A DNA stretch of 64,000 bases from Eledone cirrhosa (GCA_964016885.1 OZ024742.1:78368001-78432000); one strand, 5' to 3'; shown: positions 42,600 through 58,011, counted from the first letter of the stretch. Made by a program: numbers and translations. Notes: generated from the sequence alone by a model not told the origin.

Positions 42600-43316
42600 C
42601 AATATTGGATGAAATTACGTCATCAGGGGGAAATTTCAATATATATATAACATACAGACCGCCGAAACAGCATGGGTGTGTTCAACAAGTGAGCCATTCA
42701 GCTACTAAATGAACATATATCTCTCTATGTGAATCAAGATAATGCGTATAAATGTTTCTCTGATTTGATGTTTATCTTTTCTTAACTATATTAAGGACAA
42801 ATCACTATTTGTTTAATATTTGCTACTTCATGGTTGTTGAGTTAACTTAGACGGGTTTGGGGGTGCTATGGCTAGCATCATTACATCTTTCATTTTTGTG
42901 CTTGGAAACAGAACTGGCAGGTTTGCCTTATGGGTGCCTGTGTTTTGTATACCTGCATCATAAGTGTTGACGAATAGAATATCTTCCTCAACTTTTTATC
43001 TAGATGTCCTAACCTTAGATATATCCAGTTCTTTTGACTCTTCAATCCATTGATCAACTAAATTCAAGGAGTTTTCCGTAGCTCTGGATCCATCACTGTT
43101 ACTCATATGTTGTCATGCACTATGGAATGCCCATTTGGAATGTAAGGAATAGCATGAATGAAAGTTGAGATGCTGCTGTGAATATGTTTTTGAAAGTTAT
43201 GTCTGTTGTAATTCTAGTGTTACAGAATTTTATGAATACGTCCATAAATGGTAGTACTTTCTCACTTGTTTCTATTGTGTATCTAATTAAGGGGTGACGA
43301 ACATTTAAGATCATTA
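42600..43316 (-). pseudogene. Penelope-like RT 3' relic
   Basis: LNVRHPLIRYTIETSEKVLPFMDVFI...ITTDITFK (43120-43314). Confidence 0.7.
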
Positions 43317-43319
43317 TAG

Positions 43320-43570
43320 TTCTGATAGATTATATAGTCTGTCTTGGTTACAAAGAGATTTATGTTGGTCAGACCGATAGCTTATTGTAGGAAGGACTCA
43401 GAACACATAAACAACAGATAAGAAAACAGAAACTAATGAATATCATGCGAAGTGAATATATAGAAATGTACGTTGAGATCAAATACAAAATATTCTCGTT
43501 TTATAAATGTCCGTCGGGGTATTTGTATAAATGTTTTCATGTATCCAAGTCGTCACTCTAATCTTTAGTC
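43320..43570 (+). pseudogene. Penelope-like GIY-YIG endonuclease relic
   Basis: LIDYIVCLGYKEIYVGQTDSLL*EGLRTHKQQIR...SEYI starting at 43322. Confidence 0.75.
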
Positions 43571-43591
43571 GACTGCATCTCTTTGTTCCGC

Positions 43592-43696
<105 letters not shown>

Positions 43697-43774
43697 ATAT
43701 ATATATATATAAGAACAAAGTAGAGATGTTACATAGGAGTTTTCTTAGGATTTACTGAATTTTCTGCATATATA

Positions 43775-44570
<796 letters not shown>

Positions 44571-44591
44571 TATATATATATATATATATAT

Positions 44592-44990
44592 AAATGGAAT
44601 AGAATGAAACGAAATTTCATTTCTCACTCTTAGTACGGCAGTTACTTAGCTGCTCAGCCGTTAATATGCATAAGAAAAGTATATACTTTCAGACGTTCAA
44701 ACATCTGGCAGGAAGGTATACGATGCTGACGATAGCTAATAAGCTTGAAACTAGTACATTGTTCCTGTGTCAGTGTTGAACAAAAAAAAGGTGACGTGGT
44801 TGCCTAAACACTGTACAGCGTAATTCGGGATGTTTGTTTGTTTACAAACAAACAAACCGAGCATTATAATAAATGTTCGGTAAACCGATACGTGCATATA
44901 TATATGTGTGCATGTATGTATATATATACATACTACTGTACGTCTGTATACATATATGTATGTACGTATACATAAATAGATACTTATATA
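44592..44990 (+). mobile_element. Short hammerhead-bearing repeat (PLE pLTR or retrozyme-like)
   Basis: Second copy at 14364-14650; (TA)n flanks. Confidence 0.65.
44721..44761 (+). ncRNA. Minimal type I hammerhead ribozyme
   Basis: CGATG-CTGACGA-TAGC TAATAA GCTT-GAAA-CTAG-TA-CATTG; palindromic ACUAGU stem III; GUA site. Confidence 0.75.
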
Positions 44991-45135
44991 TATATATATA
45001 TATATATAAACGAACAATAAAATACAAAACGTATACCCTTTTATTTTATTTTATATTTTAGCTTTTCCCTTTCAGCTTCCTATAGCTTACACTCCTTACC
45101 TTGCTGCACGCAATACGAAAACATTACACAACCCA

Positions 45136-45214
<79 letters not shown>

Positions 45215-45394
45215 GATAGATTGATCGTTGCCTGAATGTAGGGTTGTAATCACTAAAAACGAGCTCTTAGTAAGTATACTAATATACACAACATATGGCA
45301 AACTGGCATATACCTGCCCAGGGAAATGGAGTTCCCATCGTACGTCAATCTAGGAAAATGTGTCACCGCGTTTGATACTTCAGTGAAAGCCATC

Positions 45395-45436
<42 letters not shown>

Positions 45437-46042
45437 AATATTGTGTACAGTGCTCAGGTGCACTACAACTCATCAAAAAGTGTATGTATAGTACATAGGG
45501 TAATGTACAAACATCAGGAAAATGAACAGTGCATGAGTCATGATATACACATAATAATGAAATTAAACACAATCCCTTTGGATATATATAAATATGTACT
45601 CATATTCACATCCACTCCGAGACTATCACCGGCGGCGGTGACACACTTTCCAATGGCTAACGAACGGAGTATCAATAACATGAGTTTACTTCAGGAAACT
45701 GCCAGTACCATGTTATATATATATAGACTCAAAGAAACAAAATGGCGTAGGACAGAACAAAAACAAAGAAAAGAATCCCGAGTCACTGATGAGGTCACAG
45801 AATGTGTGACGAAAGAACTTTGACAATATATAAACAACTATCTGGTTGTGGAACCAACCAACCAACCAGAAATTTATAGATTTACAAATTCCTAAATTTA
45901 TAAATTTATTATAATAAATTGAAGTGAAAGCAACTGGTGCGTGTGTTTCTTATTGGCTACATGACCCTCCCAAAGTATAACAATATCGGTTTCAACACAC
46001 GATTTCAGATAAAGAATCTTACTAAACAAATTCAGAAACGAA

Positions 46043-47465
<1,423 letters not shown>

Positions 47466-50200
47466 TAAACACTAAATCCCTCCCCCATGAAGAATGCACC
47501 TCCCAACATAGACTGATAATTAGCGACCTCATAGTCAGGACGAGACGTACCCGACAGCAGAAGAGGACTATCCTCAGGAGGAAAATATGGAAACTAAAGG
47601 ACCCCACAGCCAGAAATAAATTTCAAAGCATATTACTTGATGCTTTCGACAGTAAGGAAGAGCATCTAGAATCGGACAATATAGAGGGACAGTGGAAATT
47701 TCTGAAAGCAAACCTGCTGTTGGCGACAGACGAAGTCTGTGGCTGGAGCAGGCCTGTAGGCAGGAGGAGAGTAACATGGTGGTGGAACAATAGGGTGGAG
47801 GGGTCAATTAAGGCCAAAAAGCAGGCTTGGAAAGTATGGCGGGATGGGGGAAGTAGAGTAGACTATCAAGTGGCCAGGAGGGAAGCTAGGAGAGAAGTGT
47901 ACTTAGCAAGAAGGGAAGCTGAGGAAAGAAAGTTCAAGCATGTTCTACAACGCGATGACCAAAAACGTGAGGTGTTCAGGATTGCCAGGCAATGCGTCAA
48001 GGAAAACCGTGATATTGTCGGGGAGAAGTGTGTACTTAACGATGATGGCATACTTGCCATCACCGACACTGATAAGAAGGTAGCTTGGAAGTGTCACTAT
48101 GAAAGGCTACTAAATGAGGAGAATAAATGGGAGAAAGACAGTCTCCCCCATATCGACCCGATAGAGGGACCAGCAGTGTTAGTCGAGGGGAGTATAATAA
48201 GTAAGGCAATCAAGGATATGAAGATTGGTAAGGCGGCTGGGCCTTCGGAAATAGTTGCTGAGATGCTGAAGGCATCTGGCACGGTGGGACACACCATGGT
48301 CACCCGCACAGTTAACCAAGTCGTACAGAATGGGGTTGTTCCGAAGGACTGGCATAGCAGCATCATCGTTAACTGTTATAAGGGTAAAGGAGACGCCCTA
48401 GATAGGAGTAACTATAGAGGCATTAAATTAATCGACCAGGTCATGAAGGTCACGGAAAAAGTAATAGCGCAACTAATCAGAGAGAGAATTGATCTAGATG
48501 AAATGCAGTTCGGGTTTGTGTCAGGCAAAAGCACCACAGACGCTCTTTTCATAGTACGACAACTACAGGAGAAGTACCTAGCTAAAGGTAAACCCCTCTA
48601 CTTAGCTTTTGTCGACCTGGAGAAAGCCTTCGACAGAGTCCCCCGCTCCATTATCTGGTGGGCTCTTAGAAAACTAGGCGTTGACGAATGGCTTGTGAGG
48701 GCTATACAAGCCATGTATAAAGAAACAGTCAGCAAGGTTAGAATTAACAACGAATATAGTGAAGAGTTTAGCGTAAAAGTTGGCGTCCATCAGGGCTCTG
48801 TTCTCAGCCCCCTACTATTTATTATTGCCCTTCAGGCTATAACAGAGGAGTTCAAGACAGGCTGCCCATGGGAACTCCTATACGCAGACGACCTGACACT
48901 CATAGCGGAATCAATGGCCGAGCTAGAGAAGAAATTCCAAACATGGAAGCACGGCCTAGAGTCAAAAGGACTTAAAATTAACCTGGCTAAGACCAAAGTT
49001 CTAGTTTGTAGGAAAGAAAACAAGGCGGCGGTCCCTTCTGGGAAATGGTCGTGCTCGGTATGTAGGAAAGGCGTAGGTAGAAACTCCATCTTATGTCCTA
49101 AATGCAAAGTATGGGTGCATAAAAGATGTAGTGGGATCACAGGTAAGCTAACTAAGAACATAGACTTTACATGTGGCCGGTGTTCTGGTGCAATAAGTAG
49201 CAGCAAGTGCCCACAAAATACTAGCTCTTTCAATTGCGCAGAGGGTTCTATAGAAATAGTGGACAGCTTCCGTTACCTGGGCGATAAAATCAGCAGTGGG
49301 GGAGGGTGCTCTGAAAGTACTGTAGCTAGAGTCAGAACTGGTTGGAAAAAGTTCAGAGAGCTTATACCACTATTAGCTGCTAAAGGGTTCTCCCTAAAAA
49401 TGAAAGGCAGGTTGTACGATGCCTGCATACGAACAGCAATGTTGCATGGTAGTGAGACCTGGGCATTGTGTGCAGAGGATATACGCAGACTAGAGAGGAA
49501 CGAAGCTTGCATGCTCCGCTGGATGTGTAATACGTGAACGGCAAAGCATAAACGAACTAAGGAAAAAATTAGAGATAAGAGGGATCAGATGTTGTTTACT
49601 CGAGAGAAGGCTGCGTTGGTATGGACACGTGATGCGCATGAAAGTCGATAGCTGTATTACAAAGTGCAGGGCAATAAAGATAGACGGTAGCCACGGAATA
49701 GGCAGACCTAGAAAAACATGGGATGAGCTGATAAACTCCGACCTCACACACTTACACCTCTCCAAGACAATGTCACTGGACCGTGACCTTTGGCGGTACT
49801 CAGTAACAGAGAAGACCCGCCTTGCCAGTAGGCATCTCTAACAAACTACACCCCGTCCCGCCACCACCCCCACCCCATCCACACCACCCCGTTCTATGTA
49901 AAGTTATGTTGGTGCCGCGCCATCCAGGCCGAAACAAATGAGATCGTGTAGGTGTCACGACAAAAAAACACACAGTCCACGCTGTAATGTGGCCGTGTAG
50001 GCAACACGGTAAAAACCTCCCAGACCCACACTGTAAATGTGGTTGGTGTTAGGAAGGGCATCCAACTGTAGAAAACCTGCCAGACAGTCCTATGCGAGCA
50101 AGACAATCACTCTTGCCTCAAGTGGGACTACCCCCGTCCAAACCCATGCAAGCGTGGAACACGGACGTTAAACGTTGATGATGATGATGATGATGATGAT
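47466..50200 (+). mobile_element. 5'-truncated RTE-clade LINE with (GAT)n tail
   Basis: End of APE ([13 protein letters not shown]), RT ORF, C-terminal GRPRKTW, 3' UTR ending GGACGTTAAACGTT(GAT)n. Confidence 0.92.
47720..49841 (+). pseudogene. RTE reverse transcriptase with embedded PHD-type finger; frameshift at ~49535
   Basis: [37 protein letters not shown]; C4HC3 at 49052-49183. Confidence 0.9.
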
Positions 50201-50254
50201 ATACATATATATATATATATACATACATATACATACATATATATATATATATAC

Positions 50255-50285
<31 letters not shown>

Positions 50286-50880
50286 CATACACATAGATAT
50301 AGATATATATATATATACATACATACATACACACAAATATATATCCATTGAGATATTGTCACAATGGAGAAAGTGGAAGCGGTGAGCCGGAAGAGGTGGA
50401 GTAGTATAAAAACAAAAGACCAGGAAATAAAGGAAGAAAAAGCGAATTTTATGATGTTCTATTGTCTCTCCATTTCTTTTTCCTCAATTAATAGTTATTA
50501 TTCTAGGTCTTCTCTATGATGTCAGTATTATTATTACCATTATCGTAACAATAATAAATATTATTATTATTTCATCATTGATTCTTGGCATAGAATCACG
50601 TAGGGAATGTGTATGTGTGTGTGTACCTGCGCGCAAACGTGTGTGTGTGTGTGTGGGTGCGTGGGGGTGTGGGTGTCCCTACGTGCGTCTGATTGTTCTA
50701 CTCGTCCAACCATAAATTGATTTGTAGCTAAGAAGAATGGTTAAGAGGTTTCTGTAATAAAAGTTTGAACGAACTAAGAACGACAGCAACAAGTAATATC
50801 GATGAATTTGGTGATAGTGGTGGTGGACGGAGATAGTAATAATTACTATTTTAACTGTTATTATTATTATTATATAGAAA

Positions 50881-51125
50881 TTGAAGGTGGAAAACTGGGA
50901 GAGGACTGCCCTGGTGGTCAGGGTCACCGTGGCTTTTTAATGGGCTTTCTCCACGATGGGCCTCGGAAGTCTCCCTCCTATTGGGGAATTTTTTCATTGT
51001 TCTATTATTACATCCTCTGTTTTTTGTTTTTTACACGCAGAAATGCTCTTTTGTACCGTCCTGTATTGTCCTGTACTGTCCTTAATGTCTACTTTGTGTA
51101 AACCCTTGTGGTTAATAAAGAAAGC
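50881..51125 (+). mobile_element. Tx1-type 3' UTR-only insertion F with 18-bp TSD
   Basis: CCTATTGGGG and CCCTTGTGGTTAATAAAG motifs shared with copies B and E; ATTATTATTATATAGAAA at 50863-80 and 51126-43. Confidence 0.75.
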
Positions 51126-51174
51126 ATTATTATTATATAGAAACGATTATTATTATTATTATTAATATTAATAA

Positions 51175-51368
51175 AGGACGGTGAATTGGCAGTATCGGTA
51201 GAGGGTTGGACGCCATGCTTTCCAGCATAGTTACATCCCTTTACGGTCTAAGTTCAAATCCCGTCGAGGTTAACTTTGCCTTTCATCCTTACGGGGTCGA
51301 TGAAATAAAGTACCAGTAATGTACTGGGTAATTGTTGGCCTGGTGCCAAAAGTAGAAATAATTATTAT
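51175..51368 (+). mobile_element. Main-family SINE, full length
   Basis: A box TGGCAGTATCGG, B box AGTTCAAATCC, conserved body and tail. Confidence 0.88.
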
Positions 51369-51630
51369 TAATGTTATTGGCATTACAATGATAGTAATAA
51401 AGAAGAAGAAGAAGAAGAAGATGATGATGATGATGTCTGTAGATACAAGAGTCAGCTGAAAAATTCATATGGTGACTATACGAGAGCCGTGAAATCTTGC
51501 ATGAATTAACTTTTCTTATTAATAACTGCATTGTTTCTTTCCAGGGACTATGTTGAAAAATAAACCTCCTTTGATCATTCCTTTGATCTTGGTCAGTCTA
51601 TGAACCTTTGAGCCGAACATCCACGTTTAG

Positions 51631-51679
<49 letters not shown>

Positions 51680-51840
51680 GGGGGGGGAGATTTTAAAACC
51701 GAAGGCAGAAATGGTTGCATTAGAAAGCATTGGGGGAAATTCCAAATGTGCGTGTCCCACCGGAAGAATTATCGTAATAGACTATATAACAATAGCTGGG
51801 ATCATACATTTCAAATTTTCCTAAGTCAACTGATTTGTTT

Positions 51841-51888
<48 letters not shown>

Positions 51889-51924
51889 GAGAATAAACGT
51901 GCTGCGGAGTTGCAAATGGGTTAC

Positions 51925-52590
51925 ATATGAATAAAGTGGTCCTTCATCAGTGATTATCCAACCATCATCGGTATTTCTTCGCTTTAAAGACCATATACCT
52001 CCGGTTGGTGCGAGCAACGGCTAAAGAAAGTCGCTGGGACATGTAAATAAAGGGAACAGCGAGAGTGTAAACAAACAAAGATGGTGAAGCAACTAAAAAT
52101 GAGGAAGAGCGAGTCAAGTCCAAAAATTTCCATGAATATAAGTTCGGTGAAATCGTGAACGAGAGAGAATAAAGACCATCAAACCTGGTTGGAATGTGAG
52201 CAAGGAAGGAATTTCGCACAGGTCTAACGGGAGGTTCACATAACTTATGTTTACCGAATTCACAGACTAGACCCCTTCTTCCTCCCGTTAGACCTGTGCG
52301 AAATTCCTTCCTTGCTCACATTTCAACCAGGTTTGATGGTCTTTATTCTCTCTCGTTCACGATTTCACCGAACTTATATTCATGGAAATTTTTGGACTTG
52401 ACTCGCTCTTCCTCACTTTTCGTTGCTTCACCATCTTTGTTTGTTTACACTCTCGCTGTTCCCTTTATTTACATGTCCCAGCGACTTTCTTTAGCCGTTG
52501 CCCGCACCAACCGGAGGTATATGGTCTTTAAAGCGAAGAAATACCGATGATGGTTGGAAGATCACTGATGAAGGCCCACTTTATTCATAT
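51925..52590. repeat. Near-perfect inverted repeat (arms ~51925-52235 and 52281-52590)
   Basis: Mirror ORFs 51965-52219(-) and 52296-52550(+) are nearly identical; CTGATGAAGG near both outer ends. Confidence 0.93.
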
Positions 52591-52719
52591 ATATATATAT
52601 ATGTATATATATATACACAAATATATATATATATATAACGAAGGAAGTGTGGTAAGGAACCAGGTGGACCATAACGCACCAGAGTACTCGGTACTTAGGA
52701 TAGTAGAGTGGGTAATAGG

Positions 52720-52753
52720 AAAAGAGTCAGGACCCCGTGGTCCTGATTCTTTT
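52720..52753. repeat. Short hairpin of the element also seen at 9928-9948
   Basis: AAAAGAGTCAGGACC-CCGT-GGTCCTGATTCTTTT. Confidence 0.7.
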
Positions 52754-53200
52754 ATATATATATATACACACACACACAAACGAGACCACCTTGTTTCAGT
52801 AAAGCGTGTTTTCGTTAAGTTTTAGTTGGAAAGAACAACCTATAATCTCATAGGACGGTTGCATTATTTCGCACTCGCCCTAACAGTTGCAATACTGTCT
52901 TACAATTTTCTAAAAAATATCATGAATGCCAGATTTACTTGGCACGTCTCTTTTCATTAAGCGTGCTTCATTCGTGAAACAAGGTTTTTCGATGATAGAC
53001 AACTATCCGAAGCGTCAACTTATTCTATTCTTTCCTCAACATCATTAAATGAATTGACATATCTTTACTCAAGTCTCACCGGTATATGATTGATTCTGTT
53101 ATTCTGTATATGTAGTCATGTATAATATACGTTAACACTGTTTCAGAAAATTTCATGAACTCAAAGAAAAGAGCGTGGTGCGGACGGAAGGAGAGAAGAG

Positions 53201-53253
<53 letters not shown>

Positions 53254-54017
53254 CGTGTGTGTGTGTGTGTGTACAGAGAGAGAAAGCGAGAGAGAGAGAG
53301 AGATGGAGGTGATAAAATGTGAGAGTGAGAGAAACAAAGAAAGGATGAGAGAGATTGAGGCGAGGTTTCTTTATCCAATTATTAAGAGAAAATACATTTT
53401 GAACATTTCCAGACAAACAGCCTTGTTAGCGTGGCAGTGAAGTCGACATCTTAAGAGTACATCAAGTGAAATGGCTTTTCTTTCACTCTCATTTCTTTTC
53501 TAGTCTTTTTTTTTTAAATATTTTTTGATCAAACAACGCTACATGAACTTTGACACAAAGGCGCGCGCGCGCACACACACACACATGCCTACATAGATAG
53601 ATACATACATATGTGTGTGTGAGTGTATATGTGTATATATATATATAAAATGATGTGTGTGTGTGTGTGTGTGTGTGTGTGGTCTCTGTGCGTATATATA
53701 TATATATATACACACACATATATATAATATACATATACTAATGCATACATATACATATGTGTGCGTGTGTATGCGTGCCTATAAATCTGCATAGAGTTAT
53801 GCACGCATATATTCACAACATATATACGTTTGTGTGTATGTGTTGTGTGTGCGTGTTCGAGCAACAGAAACACCAATCGCTATAGATGAGGTCGCTTTTT
53901 AATTTTATTTTTACATATAGACATCATTTTCACTACGTCTCCGGCCGATCGATTTGTCGGCCATTTTGTTATTCACTATTACTTCGGTCTCTTTATTTTC
54001 TAGACGTAAGTACATAG

Positions 54018-54070
<53 letters not shown>

Positions 54071-54281
54071 AGTGTGTGTGTGTGTGACCATGTCAACGTA
54101 TGCATGTGTGTATTGAGTTGTTAGTTTTCTCTGTTTGACCTTTAGCAATTTTCATGACTAGATGTACAAAAATGGCTCAATGGCTTGAAGCCACAATCAC
54201 TTCTTTCCTGTTAACTATTAAAACGCAGTGCAACTAATGCGTCATTTCTTTTCTATTTCTTGTCATTATTATTAATCAGTA

Positions 54282-54950
54282 GAGGCGGTGGATTGGCAGT
54301 ATTGGTAGAGGGTCGGGCGTCATGCTTTGAAGCATAGAGTTACCTCCCTTTATGATCTGAGTTCAAATCCCACCGAGGTTAACTTTGCCTTTCATCCTTA
54401 CGGGGTCGATAAAATAAAGTACCAGTAATGCACTGGGATAATTGCTGGCCTGGTGCCAAAAGTAGAAACAATTATTAATCAGTAGAGGGTCGGACGCCAT
54501 GCTTTCTAGCATAATTACGTCCCTTTACGATCTGAGTTCAAATCCCGCTGAGGTTGACTTTGCCTTTCATCCTTACAGGGGCGATTAAATGAAGTACCAG
54601 TAATGCACTGGGTAATTGCTGGCCTTGTGCCTAAAGTAGAAACAATTATTATTATCATTATTATTATGATCTGAGTTCAAATCCCGCCGAGGTTAACTTT
54701 GCCTTTCATCCTTACAGGGTCGATTAAATAAAGTACCAGTAATACACTGGGATAATTGCTGGCCTTGTGCCAAAAGTAGAAACAATTATTATTATCATTG
54801 GTGTCGGACAAATGTTTTACGGTATTTTTCCGGCTCGTTAAGTTTTAAGTTCAAATCCCGACGAGGTCAACTATGCTTTTCATCCTTTTGGAGACGATTT
54901 AATCGATTTTTCCGTTCCCTTAAATTTCCTCACCTTCTGCTAAAATTAGA
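54282..54950 (+). mobile_element. Four head-to-tail main-family SINEs
   Basis: Units at ~54282, 54480, 54667 and 54800, separated by (ATT)n tails. Confidence 0.9.
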
Positions 54951-56075
54951 TCCTTCAAGCTCTGGACTTTAAAACCAAAAATGTCGTAGTTTTTACGGAA
55001 GGAATTTTATTTCTTTAATGCTTTGTAAACAGTTGATTGAACATTGATACAAACTACTATTTGTGTGTCCTTAAATAGGAAGATAGAGGTTTTGCATATC
55101 AAAACTTGACATGAAAAATCAAACAAAAACAATCGAAATATGGACGTCGATGTTGCAACAAAAATGTTCGAGAAAACCCTCGGCGTTACCGAGGGTGGGA
55201 GTGACAGACATCATATAACAAAGATGGTGGAATGGAGGAGTTGTAAAGCTGTTAAAAACTACTCCAACTGTAGCTTTCGTGACAACATATTCAACCAGAC
55301 TTATAGGAAAAATGGAAATTTAAGTGATAACAACAGTAAGAACAACAACAAACGCAACTGCAGCACGAAAGGTAACAATCACTATAGCAAAAAACAACAT
55401 ATGTAAATGGCCAGGTTTAACTACGCTTAAGTGGCCACAAAAAGTTATAAAACATGGACTTTTACAAAGGGCATTGTTTGTCACCTACAAGATTATGATT
55501 TAAATTCAAATGAAGCTACAGTAAAAAAAATACAAGTTAGTTACTGGTTTCAACATAATCAGTTGCACCTATCATCAACATTTGTGAGTCTCTATGTTTA
55601 GAAAACCTAATTCCTATCATTATCATTAGTCGACATTATAACACAGTCGGTGTTGCATTTTATTCCCCTGGGTTCAATACAATCATTACTAGTCAGGTAT
55701 GTACTATATTCTCTGAATCGATATAACTTTCCCGCCAAAATACCTGGCATTCTACCAACGCTAGGAATCATGACGGTGGGAACAAAAACAACCAAAATCA
55801 TCAGCTCGATATTAAAATAATTACTATTGGCACTATTTGAACTCAAAACGTAAATAAACAAAACAATATATTATATATTATTATATATATATTTATAATA
55901 AAGTTTTGGCGCGGGAGTTTGCATTTCACTACTTTCGTGTTGGCTGATATTTTCAACTCATAGTAAAAGTGATTGCTTTCTAAATTTGGAACAATACCCC
56001 AATATATTACAGGAGCGGGGATGGGTAGAGTCGTTTGGAACGATTAGTATTGTATTTTCCACAGTGTGTGTTGAC

Positions 56076-56345
56076 GCAGGCATGGCCGTGGCTAACAAGT
56101 TCGCTTCGCAGTCATGAGGATCAGCATTAGATTCCACTATGTGGTATCTTCAGCAAGCCTCTTTATCAACCCTCGAAGGGAAATAAAGAGACAGCAATTG
56201 TATGGAAGCTCCTAGGATGCATTGTATCTGTAGTAAAACTCTAACTAAGTGGTATATATATATGTGGAATAATCAACCACTTACATGTTAATTCACGACT
56301 CGGACATGTAGTTGATAAAACAATCGACTGATCATCGTATATTAG
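56076..56345 (+). mobile_element. Degenerate tRNA-derived SINE
   Basis: GCAGGCATGGCCGTGGCTAA head; similar to 635-965. Confidence 0.45.
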
Positions 56346-57347
56346 ACTCAGTAAGAATAACGGACAAATTCAATACCGGTGAGATTTGAAATGAAGACAT
56401 GAAAAGATATCATAAACTATCATTGCAAAACAGGTTCTATATAGCGCTCTACCGATTTTGAACCAAGCTTATTAGTAATAGTGTCTATTTTTAGTTTAGC
56501 TGCTGTGTAAGAAATTAGTATCTGGTATAATCGATTAAAGCATCTCAGTATCATACTGGTACTTATTGATTTTCAAATGAATGTAAACTCAGACCCAAGA
56601 GAATAAAATTACAAAGTATTTTTCAGTCATCTCCATTTATTCTTTCAACAACCAGTCTTTTGACGTTTGGCATATGAGGACAAGGCCTCAGTTCACAAAT
56701 GAGAACCACAATATTTCACGGCTACTTATTTTATCGAAGGAAGAAAGGTAAAGTTGACATTGCTCCGATTTGAATTCAACACTGAGAAGAAAGCAATTAA
56801 ATACAATAAGACAATCTAATACTTACATTATTATTACTGTTAATCAATTACTATCAGCAGAACGTTTGTGATAAATATCATAATCGTTCCGCAGATTCTT
56901 ATTCCGAGTAGAGCTTCAGTATGAAAGGCAAAGGTGAACATAGTGAGTATCTGAATTTCAATTCATGAAAACAAATACACCTAGAACTTTTTTCGCTGTT
57001 CTGCCTAAAGTGTTACCTAACCTTCTTACAGAAGCAGCAGAAACAACAGCAACAAAAATAGTACATTAAAAATAACATTATAAAAGCCTTCAACAAGGGT
57101 TTTACTACTCTAAAATATTTGTCCTTCAGTATCTTAAAATGCAACGTGTTATATTTAACTTCACACAATCTTTCCGAATTCTGATTTCAGACAATAAATC
57201 ATCATTACCATCAAAAACATCAACACTATCATGAAGAGCAAAATGGCGGATAAACAAAAACACCAGATTAAACAACACACGTGCTAACGTACATATGCCC
57301 CAAAGCTATTCCTTTTGAAGATCTGAAAGGAAAGTAAATATGTTTCT

Positions 57348-57399
<52 letters not shown>

Positions 57400-57850
57400 C
57401 CTTTATTAATATTATTGCTGTTGCTTCTGCTGCTGTTATTTTTATTATAAGTATTTTTCTTTAGGAAAAAAATCTGTTTTTATCACTCCAGTTTTTTCAT
57501 TTGTTTCACTCACTACTTAGGCTAAATCAATTCTCTGCCACATTTCCATTCTCTACAACCACAGCTAAACGTATAATAATTCATCTGCATCCCACTCTTT
57601 TGGCTTCCCCCAATTACAGTAAGCACATGCACACAAAAACGTGCTATTTCTAGGAGAATGGAAAATTACCGTCTCTGAATTTACCTATTTCTCTAGCGAA
57701 TAAGAATTAGTTTGTGAGCAGTGGAGGAATACCGTGAAGAGAATTTCTTACCTGTATTTTAAAGAGTAATTCTTTTCATTTATTGTGCTTACATTGTACG
57801 TGTGTGATCGTATGTTTACGTGTTTCGAAGAAAGAAGTAGAATATGTATA

Positions 57851-57852
<2 letters not shown>

Positions 57853-57933
<81 letters not shown>

Positions 57934-57943
57934 TGTATCTCTG

Positions 57944-58011
<68 letters not shown>

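Noticed and set aside
54282-54950. CRISPR-like repeated units
   Set aside because: Long degenerate SINE copies in eukaryotic DNA; no regular spacers or cas genes
55140-55406. 88-aa ATG ORF as a host gene
   Set aside because: No recognisable domain; Asn-rich, possibly a LINE ORF1 5' relic, but unsupported
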